This document shows, piece after piece, positions 18,682 through 28,415 of a stretch of DNA of 64,000 nucleotides; positions within the stretch are counted from its first letter, which is position 1; every line of letters begins with the position of its first letter. Below the pieces are notes generated by a model, which saw nothing but the letters and a program-made list of their open reading frames with translations, had not been told where the DNA came from and did no database searches. The stretch spans positions 6,371-70,370 of the IMG/VR virus record IMGVR_UViG_3300008266_000038. One strand, 5' to 3'. Both the position numbers and the translations under genes were made by a program. This DNA is from a virus.

Positions 18682-19952
18682 TGGAAAGTACTAAAAAAAT
18701 AAAGAAAGGTCAAATAGAAGATTTTATATCTGATTCTACACAAACTGCTTTAGACAACAAACTCGACATCGATACAACACCTTTATCAGTATATGCAACT
18801 GATTCTTTAGGAAATCAGGAAATGAAATTGTTAAGTGATTTTGCAACAATTTTGCCAAATGCAATAGGAGATATTTATAATAAAAATAGTTGGGCTAATA
18901 CTTCTGATTTTACAACTTTTGGAGATGCAACTGTTTCTTTAAGTGGTTCTTATATTAATATTGGAAGTGCAACAAATGGAAGTTTTAATAATTATATAAA
19001 ATTTTCAAGAGTTACAAACTTGAATAAATACAGAATAACTATTGAGTTTAAGATTATAAACGCTCCAAGTTCTACGAGTTTTGGACTTGGTTTAGGTTTA
19101 CGTTCTGCAAATTCTATTCCAGCTAATGTATATCAATATGTTGCAAGAATAGGTCTACCAAGTACGGCAAATGGTAAAAGAATTTATATAGATGCAGGCT
19201 CTACAACGTACACAAATAGATTTTCAAGTGCAACAGATTTTTCATTTGCTTTGAATGATATTATACGTTTAACAGTTGAACAAGATTTAAATGTAGTTAC
19301 TTGTACATACTTAAATTTAACAACAGGTAACGCACAAGTAGGTAGTTATAGTTTTCCTATTTCAACAGCACCAATTTTGCCAAACACAGGAAATTTTGTT
19401 ATTCATATGTTAGGCGGAACTTATGAAATGAGAAAGCTAAAAATAGAAAGTAAAGATTATGAAAATGCCAAACTAATTTGCGTTGGAGATTCTAAAACAG
19501 TTGGTTATTTCGCTGATTCTTTTGCTGGTGCTTTTAGTCATCAGTTAATTAACTATTCAAGGGGCGTAAGTGTAAACGCTGGTGGGAACGATAAAACTGC
19601 TGAAGTTCTTTTAAAAATACCTGAATTAATTGCTTTAAAACCTAAAAGAATACTCTTAAATATTGGTTCAAACGATAAAAGAAACAGCGTTACTTTTGCA
19701 ACGTGGCAAGCTAATTACGATAGTATAGTTTCTCAATTAGAAACCGCAGGCATCGAAGTATATCATTTATTACAATTAAACGAAAGCGTTTTAACATTTA
19801 CAGATTACAATTCACATATTACAAGTACATACGATTCAAGTAAAATTATAGATGCTGGTGTTATTTCTTTAAATGCTGACGGAATACATCCAAATCAACA
19901 AGCAATGAATCATATTTTTTATACTATATTATCAAAAATAAAATTAGATTAA
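18681..19952 (+). CDS. tail-associated protein with C-terminal SGNH/GDSL hydrolase
   Basis: VGDSKT, GSND, DGIHPN blocks. Confidence 0.75.
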   Translation: MESTKKIKKGQIEDFISDSTQTALDNKLDIDTTPLSVYATDSLGNQEMKLLSDFATILPNAIGDIYNKNSWANTSDFTTFGDATVSLSGSYINIGSATNGSFNNYIKFSRVTNLNKYRITIEFKIINAPSSTSFGLGLGLRSANSIPANVYQYVARIGLPSTANGKRIYIDAGSTTYTNRFSSATDFSFALNDIIRLTVEQDLNVVTCTYLNLTTGNAQVGSYSFPISTAPILPNTGNFVIHMLGGTYEMRKLKIESKDYENAKLICVGDSKTVGYFADSFAGAFSHQLINYSRGVSVNAGGNDKTAEVLLKIPELIALKPKRILLNIGSNDKRNSVTFATWQANYDSIVSQLETAGIEVYHLLQLNESVLTFTDYNSHITSTYDSSKIIDAGVISLNADGIHPNQQAMNHIFYTILSKIKLD

Positions 19953-20001
19953 TATAATGATTTCAACATTTTGCAAAACAGCCTTAATAACATTTTAAAT
20001 T

Positions 20002-20259
20002 ATGATTAAAATATTAGAAGACACATTAAAATCTCCAAATGGTAAGTGGAGTAGAAAAAGTTTAACAATGTTTAGTGCATGGATAGCAGCATTACTATCT
20101 GGACTTTTCATTCATGTTTCAGATTACTTTTTACCAAAAGAGATAAATCCATACGCTATTCAAGTATTCTATGGATTTTTAATGTTAGCAGGAGGAACAA
20201 CAGCGATGACTGTTTACGAAAAGTTAAAAACAAATATTAACCAAAAAATAGAAGAGTAA
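20002..20259 (+). CDS. holin-like 2-TM membrane protein
   Basis: GKWSRK followed by two hydrophobic helices; first gene of lysis cassette. Confidence 0.55.
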   Translation: MIKILEDTLKSPNGKWSRKSLTMFSAWIAALLSGLFIHVSDYFLPKEINPYAIQVFYGFLMLAGGTTAMTVYEKLKTNINQKIEE

Positions 20260-20390
20260 TGAGCAATAAAATGATTCAGGTTGAAAAAGAACCTACAGAA
20301 GAGCAATTAAAAGTAATAGAGCAAGTAATTGTTATGTTAGATGAAGCTGAATTAGAATTAATCGGTACAAGACCTAAAGATAGAAAGTGA
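20259..20390 (+). CDS. 43-aa acidic peptide ending IGTRPKDRK (not in track)
   Basis: MSNKMIQVEKEPTEEQLKVIEQVIVMLDEAELELIGTRPKDRK*; overlaps stop of upstream and start of downstream gene. Confidence 0.65.
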   Translation: MSNKMIQVEKEPTEEQLKVIEQVIVMLDEAELELIGTRPKDRK

Positions 20391-20704
20391 TAAAAATATT
20401 ATACATAGCAGTAGTAGTAAGTATTATTACTTATAGTTTTTGGGAAATTATTCCAATAGATTATTTTTTCTATTACGGAAATTCTCTATTTATTTTTTTG
20501 CTATGTTCTTATATTTTCTTTACGGATAAAAAAAGTGTGATAAAATTCGTATTATTTTCTTTATCTTTGAATAATTTATTTGATGAAATAACAAACAAGG
20601 CTGACAAGCTTTATTTTAGCGAAATATTAACAGGCGTTGCAATACTTTTATTCGCCTTTTATAAGAATTATTACAATGATAGAAAAAGAACCGAACTTAA
20701 TTGA
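20387..20704 (+). CDS. multi-pass membrane protein
   Basis: About 4 hydrophobic segments. Confidence 0.65.
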   Translation: MIKILYIAVVVSIITYSFWEIIPIDYFFYYGNSLFIFLLCSYIFFTDKKSVIKFVLFSLSLNNLFDEITNKADKLYFSEILTGVAILLFAFYKNYYNDRKRTELN

Positions 20705-21041
20705 AGAACTTTATAGTTTTTTCTTCAAAATTTTTATTCCGGCTTTCATAGCTATATCGATTAAGATAGCAACACAAGTAAAAAAGGAAAAGATGACGTT
20801 TACAAGAGTAGTTTTAAGTTTTGTTGTAGGAATTGGATGTGCGTATTTCGTATATCCGTTTGTGGAGAATCAAACAGAGAGTAGATATATTCCTTTGTTA
20901 GTTGGAATGGTTTCTATTTCAGGAGAAAAAATAGCTGAGTACATTATTTACAAATGGAATATAGATAATTTTGTTGGAGTTATTTTTGATTCTATGTTGA
21001 ATGCAATCGTTCAGATATTCAAACCGAATAGTAAAAATTAA
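20676..21041 (+). CDS. putative holin (3 TM)
   Basis: Hydrophobic helices; directly upstream of endolysin; likely ATG at 20676. Confidence 0.6.
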   Translation: MIEKEPNLIEELYSFFFKIFIPAFIAISIKIATQVKKEKMTFTRVVLSFVVGIGCAYFVYPFVENQTESRYIPLLVGMVSISGEKIAEYIIYKWNIDNFVGVIFDSMLNAIVQIFKPNSKN

Positions 21042-21046
21042 ATGAT

Positions 21047-21580
21047 ATGATACACCAAAAACAATATCAATGGTTAGCAAACGAAAACTCACCAAAAGTT
21101 ATAGCCGAAGCGGTAAAGCTTTATGGAACAAAAGAAATTGTTGGGAAACAACATTCAAAAGAGATATTATCTTGGGCTAAAGAACTTGGTTTAGAAAAAA
21201 CTTATACCAATGATGAAATTCCTTGGTGTGGTTTATTTACAGCTATCGTAGTAAAAAGAGCAGAATTTGACGTTGTTAAAAGTCCTTTATGGGCTAGAGA
21301 TTGGTTAAATTTTGGAACACAGCAAAAAAACGCAATGCTTGGTGATGTATTAGTTTTCACAAGACCTGGCGGTGGTGGTCATGTTGGTTTTTATGTTGGT
21401 GAAGATGACTCATGTTATCATGTACTTGGTGGAAATCAATCAAATATGGTTAATACTACAAGAATTTTAAAATCACGCTGTATTGGAATTAGAAGATGTG
21501 ATTGGAAAGTATCACAACCTAAAAACGTAAGAGTAATTAAATTAGCATCAACCGGAAGCGTTTCCACAAACGAAGCATAA
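21047..21580 (+). CDS. endolysin, NlpC/P60-CHAP-like peptidase (TIGR02594-like)
   Basis: DEIPWCGLF, GGHVGFY, LGGNQSN. Confidence 0.85.
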   Translation: MIHQKQYQWLANENSPKVIAEAVKLYGTKEIVGKQHSKEILSWAKELGLEKTYTNDEIPWCGLFTAIVVKRAEFDVVKSPLWARDWLNFGTQQKNAMLGDVLVFTRPGGGGHVGFYVGEDDSCYHVLGGNQSNMVNTTRILKSRCIGIRRCDWKVSQPKNVRVIKLASTGSVSTNEA

Positions 21581-22321
21581 ATGGAATTTCAAATCGACAC
21601 ATATCAAACTAAAAAATGGCTACAAAAGTATTTACCTTATGTAGTCATAGTTGTTTTAATACTATTACTTTTAGTGAAATGTAATGGTACAGAAAAACTT
21701 GAAGCAGAAAAAGCAGTTTTAGAATATAAAATCAAAGAATCTGAATCTAAAATTTCTGAAAAACTAAAACAAAACGATTCTATTCAGAAAAGCATTTCTA
21801 AATACAAAGATACTATTGCATTTTTAGATATTCAAAATCAGAAAAAACAAACTGAAATTGAAAAATTAGAAAAACAAAGACGTGAAAGTTCATCAAAAGT
21901 TTCACAATACACTGATGACCAATTAGTAAAATTCTACATAGACAGATACAAAGCAAACAATCAAGTATTTAAAACTACAAATGGTATTGAATTGTACAAG
22001 CCTGTCACAAAACAAATTGCTTTAGATTTAACTGACTACGATTATGTTGATAAACTACTTATAGAAACAACCGATATGCTTGCTACTGAAAAAACATCAG
22101 GCATTTTTAAAGACTCGGTAATAAATAGTTTAGAAGTTAAAGAAAAAAATCTTAATTTTGTTGTGAAAGAAAATGGTAAAATCATTGACAATCAAGATGA
22201 AATAATCAAAAATCAAGAAAAGTCCTTGACCAAAGAAAAAAGAAAAAACAAACTATACAAATTTGCTCTTCCAATTAGTATTTTAGCAGGAATGGCGACA
22301 GGAGTATTAATAACGAAATAG
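21581..22321 (+). CDS. spanin-like coiled-coil membrane protein
   Basis: N-terminal TM ending LLVKC, long coiled coil, C-terminal TM; follows endolysin. Confidence 0.55.
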   Translation: MEFQIDTYQTKKWLQKYLPYVVIVVLILLLLVKCNGTEKLEAEKAVLEYKIKESESKISEKLKQNDSIQKSISKYKDTIAFLDIQNQKKQTEIEKLEKQRRESSSKVSQYTDDQLVKFYIDRYKANNQVFKTTNGIELYKPVTKQIALDLTDYDYVDKLLIETTDMLATEKTSGIFKDSVINSLEVKEKNLNFVVKENGKIIDNQDEIIKNQEKSLTKEKRKNKLYKFALPISILAGMATGVLITK

Positions 22322-22323
22322 CT

Positions 22324-24321
22324 ATGACTAAGATTAAAAACACCAATGCTTATCCTTTTGACGTAACAATATCTGATTTAGATTATGTTATTGGTTCTGA
22401 TGGCGATAATTTAGGTAAAATTACTCGTAATTACAATATTGGTGATTTACGAAGATATATTAATTCTGGACTTTCACCCGAAGTTGGTGGGACACTAAAA
22501 GTTTCAGAGGTTACATATAATGGTGTTTTAACATCTCCAAGCGAAGTAGCTAATGCTTTAGATCCAAATTACGAAGTGCTACAATATCACGTAGTTATTT
22601 TTTCTGTAAACGGAAACAAATACATCTTAAAAGAACAAGATATTATTTTAGGAGTTTCAGGTACAGAAGTTACTGATGAAGATTTTATTTTAATAATCGG
22701 ATTCACTAAATTGGGTGATGGAACAAATGTGTTAAAAGGATATAACACAAGTACCGGATTACAAGAATTGTATTCTATCAAAAGTACTGGTAATAATATT
22801 TCTATTGTATCAGAAAATATTGTAATTGACCCAAAAGAAGGTATTAATTTAGGAGAAGGTCAAGCTATTTACAAAGGTTTAAATTCAGGCACAAAAGTAC
22901 ACGAGTTTTATAACTTAAAGTCTAGCACATTAAACATTTCTTTAAATGGAAGTGATGTGTTATTAGATACTCCAGAAACATCAACTATTCCCGCATTATA
23001 TGTAAACAACAATTACGTTCCAACTGAAGAAGAATTTTTAGCAGGTAACACAAAAGGAGAAGGTACTTTAGCTAAACCATTTACAGACACAGTTACGGCT
23101 TATACAGATGGTGTCCCAACAATAACAGCAAATACAGCTATACAAAATGCTTTGGATGCTTATGTGGGTTCTGGAACAAAACTAAGTCCTGAAAGAGTAG
23201 GAGAACAAATTGTAATACAAAGAAATAATAATGGTTATACTTTTGTTGGGGATTTTAATTACTCAAGATTAAATATAAAACTTGAGGAAAATGTATTATC
23301 CACCACTAGCGGTTATATTATTGACATGGAAACTATATTATCATTCAATCAAACAACGGATAGTGTTTCTGTAACTATTGACGAAAATAAAGTACTACAG
23401 ATACAAGGTAACGGATTTAAAAACAATGGGAATATAGATGCAACAAATAATTTGGTAACAGGTAAAGTTATAAATACATTTGGATTAGGTTATATCTTTA
23501 GTACGAATACAGACATTACAAAATATATTTTAAACGCAGACGTATCAGAAACAGGAAATAATAATGATGGAAGTTTATTTTTTGATATTAAATGTAATAT
23601 AAGAGCTGTATATCAAGGCATCTATAAAGTAGGAGGTAACGCTAGAATCGATGTTTATGGTGTATTACAATCAGGTGATTTAGGAACAGCTGTAAACACA
23701 TCTATTAAGGCTTTTCATCAAATAGGTGGTCAAGTAAGAATATTTAATAGTGCAACAATAAGTGTAGGTGGAGTTACTAGAACAAATGCTTTTACTTTTG
23801 AACCAAATACATTATATAGCACTATTTTTTCAATAAACGGAGCGTCTTTAGGATGTTCTGCAACTACATTGTTTAATAAGCTAAATAATGAGAATGTAGG
23901 TTTTACAGCAATTAATATAAATGCAGGAACTAGCTTAACTGTAACAAATATTTTCGATAGCACAAATTTATGGTCTATAAATTTTAGAAACAATGTGTTT
24001 TCTTCAGGGGTAATAGATTTTACAAAAGTAGATTTAACACAAGGAAATAATATTTCTTCAATAAATACTATTGGTAATAATATTATTCAAAGTTTAGTAG
24101 TTTACACAAGTAAGTCAGCAGCAAAAACAGCAGGGCTTCCTGTAAATTCTATTTTCTTAAAAAGAGTAACTGTTAATGCTGTAGATTTAGTAGCAGGAGT
24201 TGAGTATAAAATAGCCACATCTGGTTCTCCAAGTTTAGGTACTGTAGGCGATTTCATAACAGCTACAGGTTCAGAAACAGGAACAGGAACAGCATATTTA
24301 GAAACAATTGAAATTTTATAA
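22324..24321 (+). CDS. tail fibre/spike protein
   Basis: N/T/G-rich beta-helix-like body, GTLAKPF motif, N-terminal adaptor shared with 15918 ORF. Confidence 0.6.
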   Translation: MTKIKNTNAYPFDVTISDLDYVIGSDGDNLGKITRNYNIGDLRRYINSGLSPEVGGTLKVSEVTYNGVLTSPSEVANALDPNYEVLQYHVVIFSVNGNKYILKEQDIILGVSGTEVTDEDFILIIGFTKLGDGTNVLKGYNTSTGLQELYSIKSTGNNISIVSENIVIDPKEGINLGEGQAIYKGLNSGTKVHEFYNLKSSTLNISLNGSDVLLDTPETSTIPALYVNNNYVPTEEEFLAGNTKGEGTLAKPFTDTVTAYTDGVPTITANTAIQNALDAYVGSGTKLSPERVGEQIVIQRNNNGYTFVGDFNYSRLNIKLEENVLSTTSGYIIDMETILSFNQTTDSVSVTIDENKVLQIQGNGFKNNGNIDATNNLVTGKVINTFGLGYIFSTNTDITKYILNADVSETGNNNDGSLFFDIKCNIRAVYQGIYKVGGNARIDVYGVLQSGDLGTAVNTSIKAFHQIGGQVRIFNSATISVGGVTRTNAFTFEPNTLYSTIFSINGASLGCSATTLFNKLNNENVGFTAININAGTSLTVTNIFDSTNLWSINFRNNVFSSGVIDFTKVDLTQGNNISSINTIGNNIIQSLVVYTSKSAAKTAGLPVNSIFLKRVTVNAVDLVAGVEYKIATSGSPSLGTVGDFITATGSETGTGTAYLETIEIL

Positions 24322-24322
24322 A

Positions 24323-24595
24323 ATGTCAAGCGAAAACGAAATTAGAAAAGTATCAGTTGCAAGAGCTATACTTATAGAAAACGAAGATGGCACAACAACT
24401 GAAAAGTCGTTAAATCTCATCGTAGGAGTAGAACATACAATCTACATAGATAACCAAAGAATAAAAAGAAGAATCTGTAATATTGAGGAAACTGAAAACC
24501 ATGTACTAATTTATTTAGAAGATGGTTCCGCAAGTCAATTATGGAAAAAACTTCCGAAAAACGATCAAACATCAATTGAATACAAAATAGATTAA
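24323..24595 (+). CDS. hypothetical protein
   Basis: IRKVSV...LWKK...SIEY; likely ATG at 24323. Confidence 0.7.
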   Translation: MSSENEIRKVSVARAILIENEDGTTTEKSLNLIVGVEHTIYIDNQRIKRRICNIEETENHVLIYLEDGSASQLWKKLPKNDQTSIEYKID

Positions 24596-24600
24596 ATCTT

Positions 24601-25167
24601 ATGCAATTAACTTCACCATTTAAAATAGGAATTATACCAAAAGAAGGACAACAATATGTCAATGAATTAAAAGTAGGTAATACTGAATTGGTAGTAAATA
24701 CTTCTATTGAAGATGCAGTTGACGTACAAAGAATAGGAACTGTAATTTCTTTGCCATTTCATTATCAAGGCGAACTAAAAGTAGGTGACGATGTAGTTAT
24801 TCATCACAACGTATTTCGAATTACTTATAACGACAAAGGTATTCCAATGCAGTCCGACTTTCATTTTAAAGATGAAATATTCTTTATTCCAGAAGATTTG
24901 ATTTATATGTATATCCGAGATGGTAGAATCAACGCATATAATGATAATGTTTTTGTAGAGCCGATTAATTATGAAGATTATTGGGAAGGACCAAAACTTT
25001 TAGAAAGACAAGGAGTTGTAAAATTCACTAATGAAAAGTTGTCAAATATTGGAGTTCTTGAAAACACTAAGATACATTTCAGAAAATTCTGCGAGTATTC
25101 ATTTCATATTTTTGGAATGCATTTGTATAAAATGAAAAATGATAGAATTTTAGCAATACTTGAATAG
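24601..25167 (+). CDS. GroES-like protein, probably tandem domains
   Basis: QRIGTVISLP...LKVGDDVVIHH and second repeat VFVEP...QGVVKF...YKMKNDRILA. Confidence 0.55.
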   Translation: MQLTSPFKIGIIPKEGQQYVNELKVGNTELVVNTSIEDAVDVQRIGTVISLPFHYQGELKVGDDVVIHHNVFRITYNDKGIPMQSDFHFKDEIFFIPEDLIYMYIRDGRINAYNDNVFVEPINYEDYWEGPKLLERQGVVKFTNEKLSNIGVLENTKIHFRKFCEYSFHIFGMHLYKMKNDRILAILE

Positions 25168-25174
25168 TTTTTAT

Positions 25175-25182
25175 TATATTTG
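25175..25182 (+). promoter_or_regulatory. -7 promoter element
   Basis: TATATTTG upstream of monocistronic 25217 ORF. Confidence 0.55.
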
Positions 25183-25216
25183 TACTTTAAATTATTAACA
25201 ACTAATACAGAAGGTT

Positions 25217-25537
25217 ATGTCAGTAAGAAGAATTAAAGAAGTAACACAGATTACTTCAAAGACCACATCTGTTACAGCTAATGGCTATGATGGAATTATC
25301 ACTACTGTTGCTCTAACTGATGCAGCAGATACATCGTTTAACTTTACAGTTAATAACGACAAAGTTCAAGAAACTTCAACTATTATGTTAACTCCGGTTT
25401 ATGCAGGAACAACAGGTGATGTGAAAGCAGTACTTGTTTCTCAAACAAAAGGTAGTTTTGTAGTAAAAGTTTCAAATGTTGGAGTAGCAGTTTTAAATGC
25501 AGTTGCTAAAATCCAATTCAAAGTTACACATAACTAA
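25217..25537 (+). CDS. small beta-rich virion protein (possible capsid decoration)
   Basis: T/V-rich; has own promoter and terminator. Confidence 0.45.
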   Translation: MSVRRIKEVTQITSKTTSVTANGYDGIITTVALTDAADTSFNFTVNNDKVQETSTIMLTPVYAGTTGDVKAVLVSQTKGSFVVKVSNVGVAVLNAVAKIQFKVTHN

Positions 25538-25582
25538 GCAACACAACTAGGAAGTTTTTGTAATTTTTTCATTCATGTTTAG

Positions 25583-25617
25583 AACCGCTTTGATGCCATT
25601 TTCAAAGCGGTTTTTTT
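25583..25617 (+). terminator. intrinsic terminator
   Basis: AACCGCTTTGA...TCAAAGCGGTT plus T-tract. Confidence 0.85.
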
Positions 25618-25631
25618 ATTTGTTATTTTTG

Positions 25632-25639
25632 TATCTTTG
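25632..25639 (+). promoter_or_regulatory. terminase promoter -7 element
   Basis: TATCTTTG. Confidence 0.6.
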
Positions 25640-25659
25640 ACAATATAAATTAAATTCAA

Positions 25660-28308
25660 ATGAAAAACTTAAGTTCCGATATAGAAATCGCTATAAATAA
25701 TTCTCTTACAGGACTTACAAAAGAAATAGATATTCTTTCGGTAGATGACGAAAAACTTGAAAGGCTTGTAAAATCAAGACAAGATTCATTTTCATCTATA
25801 AAAGAAATGTTGGGTATTTGGCAAAACTCACCAAATGCTCCAAGAGAAGATAAATTAGTAAAGTACACTCAGAAACTAATACAAGCAGGAAACACAAGTG
25901 CTAATATCCTGCGTTCTGCTTTAATTAAGGAAATTGATTTTGATGATTTAGATCCAGAAAAGTATGGTGCCGCAATTAAGTCAAAGCCTGTAATTTACCG
26001 AGCAATAAACGAGATAGATTCGGGTATTAAAATTTTAGAGCGACAAATAGAAAGTAAAACTCTTAATTTTAAAGAACAAGAATTTAAACCTGGTTATCCT
26101 GAAAGATTTGCTAATCAAGAATTTTACCCTACAAAAGACTATTACAAAGAATGGTATGATTCTGAAAACGATGCAATCATAATTGATCCAAAAGGTACAA
26201 AAGGTGAAATGATTACCCTTGATGGATTAAAAATTTGGCTTCCACAACCACCTAAAAATAAAAAAGAAATTCTATTTAGTAAACTTCCTGAAGAAGAGCA
26301 ACATTGGAGAAGACAAGAAATGCCAAAAGGTTTAACTCCCGATAATGAAGAGGAATATGCTGATTACATTTTAGAAGAGTTCAGAAGAAGAAGAGAAGGT
26401 GTTTGGTTTATGAATAACGGAAAACCTATTTGGGTTACTCCTGCTCATTATATGGGATTACAATGGGACCAAATGTTAGAAACAGGTGGTTATAAGGACT
26501 TCCGTTGGGCGCAATGTCAAATGTATTATCATGCATTAGCTTGTATCGTAGATAGGCGTAGTGTTGGTGAAATATTTGTAAAAGGTCGTCGTACCGGATT
26601 TACAGAAATGGCTTTAGACCATATTGTTCAAGACTCTACTTCTATTAAAAATAAAGCTTTTGGTATTACATCAAAAACAGAAGCCGATGCTGTAAAGGCG
26701 TTTACAAAATATTCTTATGCGGTCCGAAATTTACCTTTCTTTTTCCAACCGGTAGTAAAAGGTAAAATAGACGATGTTAAAAAAATGGAGTTTGGAAAAC
26801 CTTCCGATAATACAAAAACAGCAAAACAAAAAAGAGATACTTCTACTAATGACTATTTGAATGTTATTGTAGATTATAGGGCAACCGCCACGCTTGCTTA
26901 TGACTCTATTGCTATGAAAATGTATTTAGGAGATGAAGCAGGAAAATGGGAAAGACCAAACAACTATATTGACCATTGGACCAATATCAAGCCAACTATG
27001 GTGCAGGGTGGATCTATTGTTGGTAAAGCATTAATCGGTTCTACATTAAATCCATTAGATAAAGGGGGTAGTGAATTTCAAACATTATACTATGGTTCAA
27101 ACGTTAAAAATCGTGATGAAAATGGTGAAACCGCAACAGGTCTTTATAGTTTTTTCTTGCCGGCACACAAAAATTACGAAAGATTTACTGATAAATATGG
27201 ATATTGTAGAGAAGTTTTAAATCCAGGAGAAAGTTTCGAAAATGCTCAAGGTGAAATTCAGACACAAGGCGCTTTACAATATTTAGAAACAAAGTTTAAG
27301 GCTGCGCGTTCAATGGGAGCTAAAGCATACAACAACACGCGAAGACTTGACCCTATTACAATTGAAGATGCATTTAGAGATGAACTACAAAGCCAATTAT
27401 TTGACGTAGAAAAAATCAACGACCAAATCGCATACAACCGAAGTAACAATATTGAACAAACATTAGTTTCAGGTAATTTCCATTGGAAAGATGGAGTGAA
27501 ATTTGGTGAAGTAATTTGGAAACCTTGTGATAATGGTAGATTTTTATTGTCATGGATTCCGGAACCAGAACACAGAAATAAGTGGGTTGAAAAAAGTGTA
27601 TTTGGGTATAAGACGAAATGTCCTGTAAATACTATTCAAGGTTCATTAGCGAGTGACCCTTATGATAAAGATGCGGTAGTAGATTCTAAATTAGTAAGTA
27701 CAGAACAAGGAGTTCAGCAAAGTTTAGGTTCGCGTGGAGCAATTCATGGAATGTTAGGGTTTAATATTTCCAATGCGCCAAGTAATTATTTTTTTTTAGA
27801 ATACATTTGCAGACCAAAAGATGCTGAAACTTTCTATGAAGATGCGTTAATGGCTTGTATATTTTATTCTATGCCGATATTAATTGAGAATAATAAACAA
27901 ATGATGTTGGATTATTTCTTCAGAAACGGATATAGAGGATACTCTACTACAAGATTTGACAAGGATATTAACCGACTTTCTGCTGATGAGAAAAAGTATG
28001 GTGGTATGCCTAACTCTTCGCAAAATATGATTAATGCGCATTGGACTGCATTAGAATCATACATCAATAAATACGTTGGAAAATATGAAGCAACTGATGG
28101 TGAAACACCGATTAGAGAAGTTGGAGAAATTGGAAGTATGCCATTTAATAAAACATTGTACGATTGGTTAAGATTTGACCCTAAAAAGCGTACTGATTAT
28201 GATGCTTCTATTAGTTCTGGGCTTGCAATTATGGCTGTAAATCAGTTTTTATACAAGCCTAAAGAAGAGAAACGAACACAAGTTTTAAGATTTAAGCAAT
28301 ATAGATAA
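25660..28308 (+). CDS. terL: terminase large subunit with N-terminal helical (TerS-like) extension
   Basis: Walker A KGRRTGFT, Walker B YLGDEAGK, GST coupling motif, nuclease ASDPYD / IENN / YDASIS; precedes portal. Confidence 0.88.
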   Translation: MKNLSSDIEIAINNSLTGLTKEIDILSVDDEKLERLVKSRQDSFSSIKEMLGIWQNSPNAPREDKLVKYTQKLIQAGNTSANILRSALIKEIDFDDLDPEKYGAAIKSKPVIYRAINEIDSGIKILERQIESKTLNFKEQEFKPGYPERFANQEFYPTKDYYKEWYDSENDAIIIDPKGTKGEMITLDGLKIWLPQPPKNKKEILFSKLPEEEQHWRRQEMPKGLTPDNEEEYADYILEEFRRRREGVWFMNNGKPIWVTPAHYMGLQWDQMLETGGYKDFRWAQCQMYYHALACIVDRRSVGEIFVKGRRTGFTEMALDHIVQDSTSIKNKAFGITSKTEADAVKAFTKYSYAVRNLPFFFQPVVKGKIDDVKKMEFGKPSDNTKTAKQKRDTSTNDYLNVIVDYRATATLAYDSIAMKMYLGDEAGKWERPNNYIDHWTNIKPTMVQGGSIVGKALIGSTLNPLDKGGSEFQTLYYGSNVKNRDENGETATGLYSFFLPAHKNYERFTDKYGYCREVLNPGESFENAQGEIQTQGALQYLETKFKAARSMGAKAYNNTRRLDPITIEDAFRDELQSQLFDVEKINDQIAYNRSNNIEQTLVSGNFHWKDGVKFGEVIWKPCDNGRFLLSWIPEPEHRNKWVEKSVFGYKTKCPVNTIQGSLASDPYDKDAVVDSKLVSTEQGVQQSLGSRGAIHGMLGFNISNAPSNYFFLEYICRPKDAETFYEDALMACIFYSMPILIENNKQMMLDYFFRNGYRGYSTTRFDKDINRLSADEKKYGGMPNSSQNMINAHWTALESYINKYVGKYEATDGETPIREVGEIGSMPFNKTLYDWLRFDPKKRTDYDASISSGLAIMAVNQFLYKPKEEKRTQVLRFKQYR

Positions 28309-28309
28309 A

Positions 28310-28338
28310 AAAAAGCCTATCGTAATGATAGGCTTTTT
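28310..28338. terminator. bidirectional intrinsic terminator
   Basis: AAAAAGCCTATC-GTAAT-GATAGGCTTTTT. Confidence 0.85.
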
Positions 28339-28415
28339 ACCTTATTGACAGTAAGGATTTTTTTTGATTAATCATTTCTCGAAAAACAACTAACCTATGT
28401 GCTACATTATTGAAC
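28310..28415 (-). ncRNA. candidate small RNA
   Basis: Minus-strand TATATTTG at 28427-28420 points into the terminator about 100 nt away; no substantial ORF. Confidence 0.35.
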
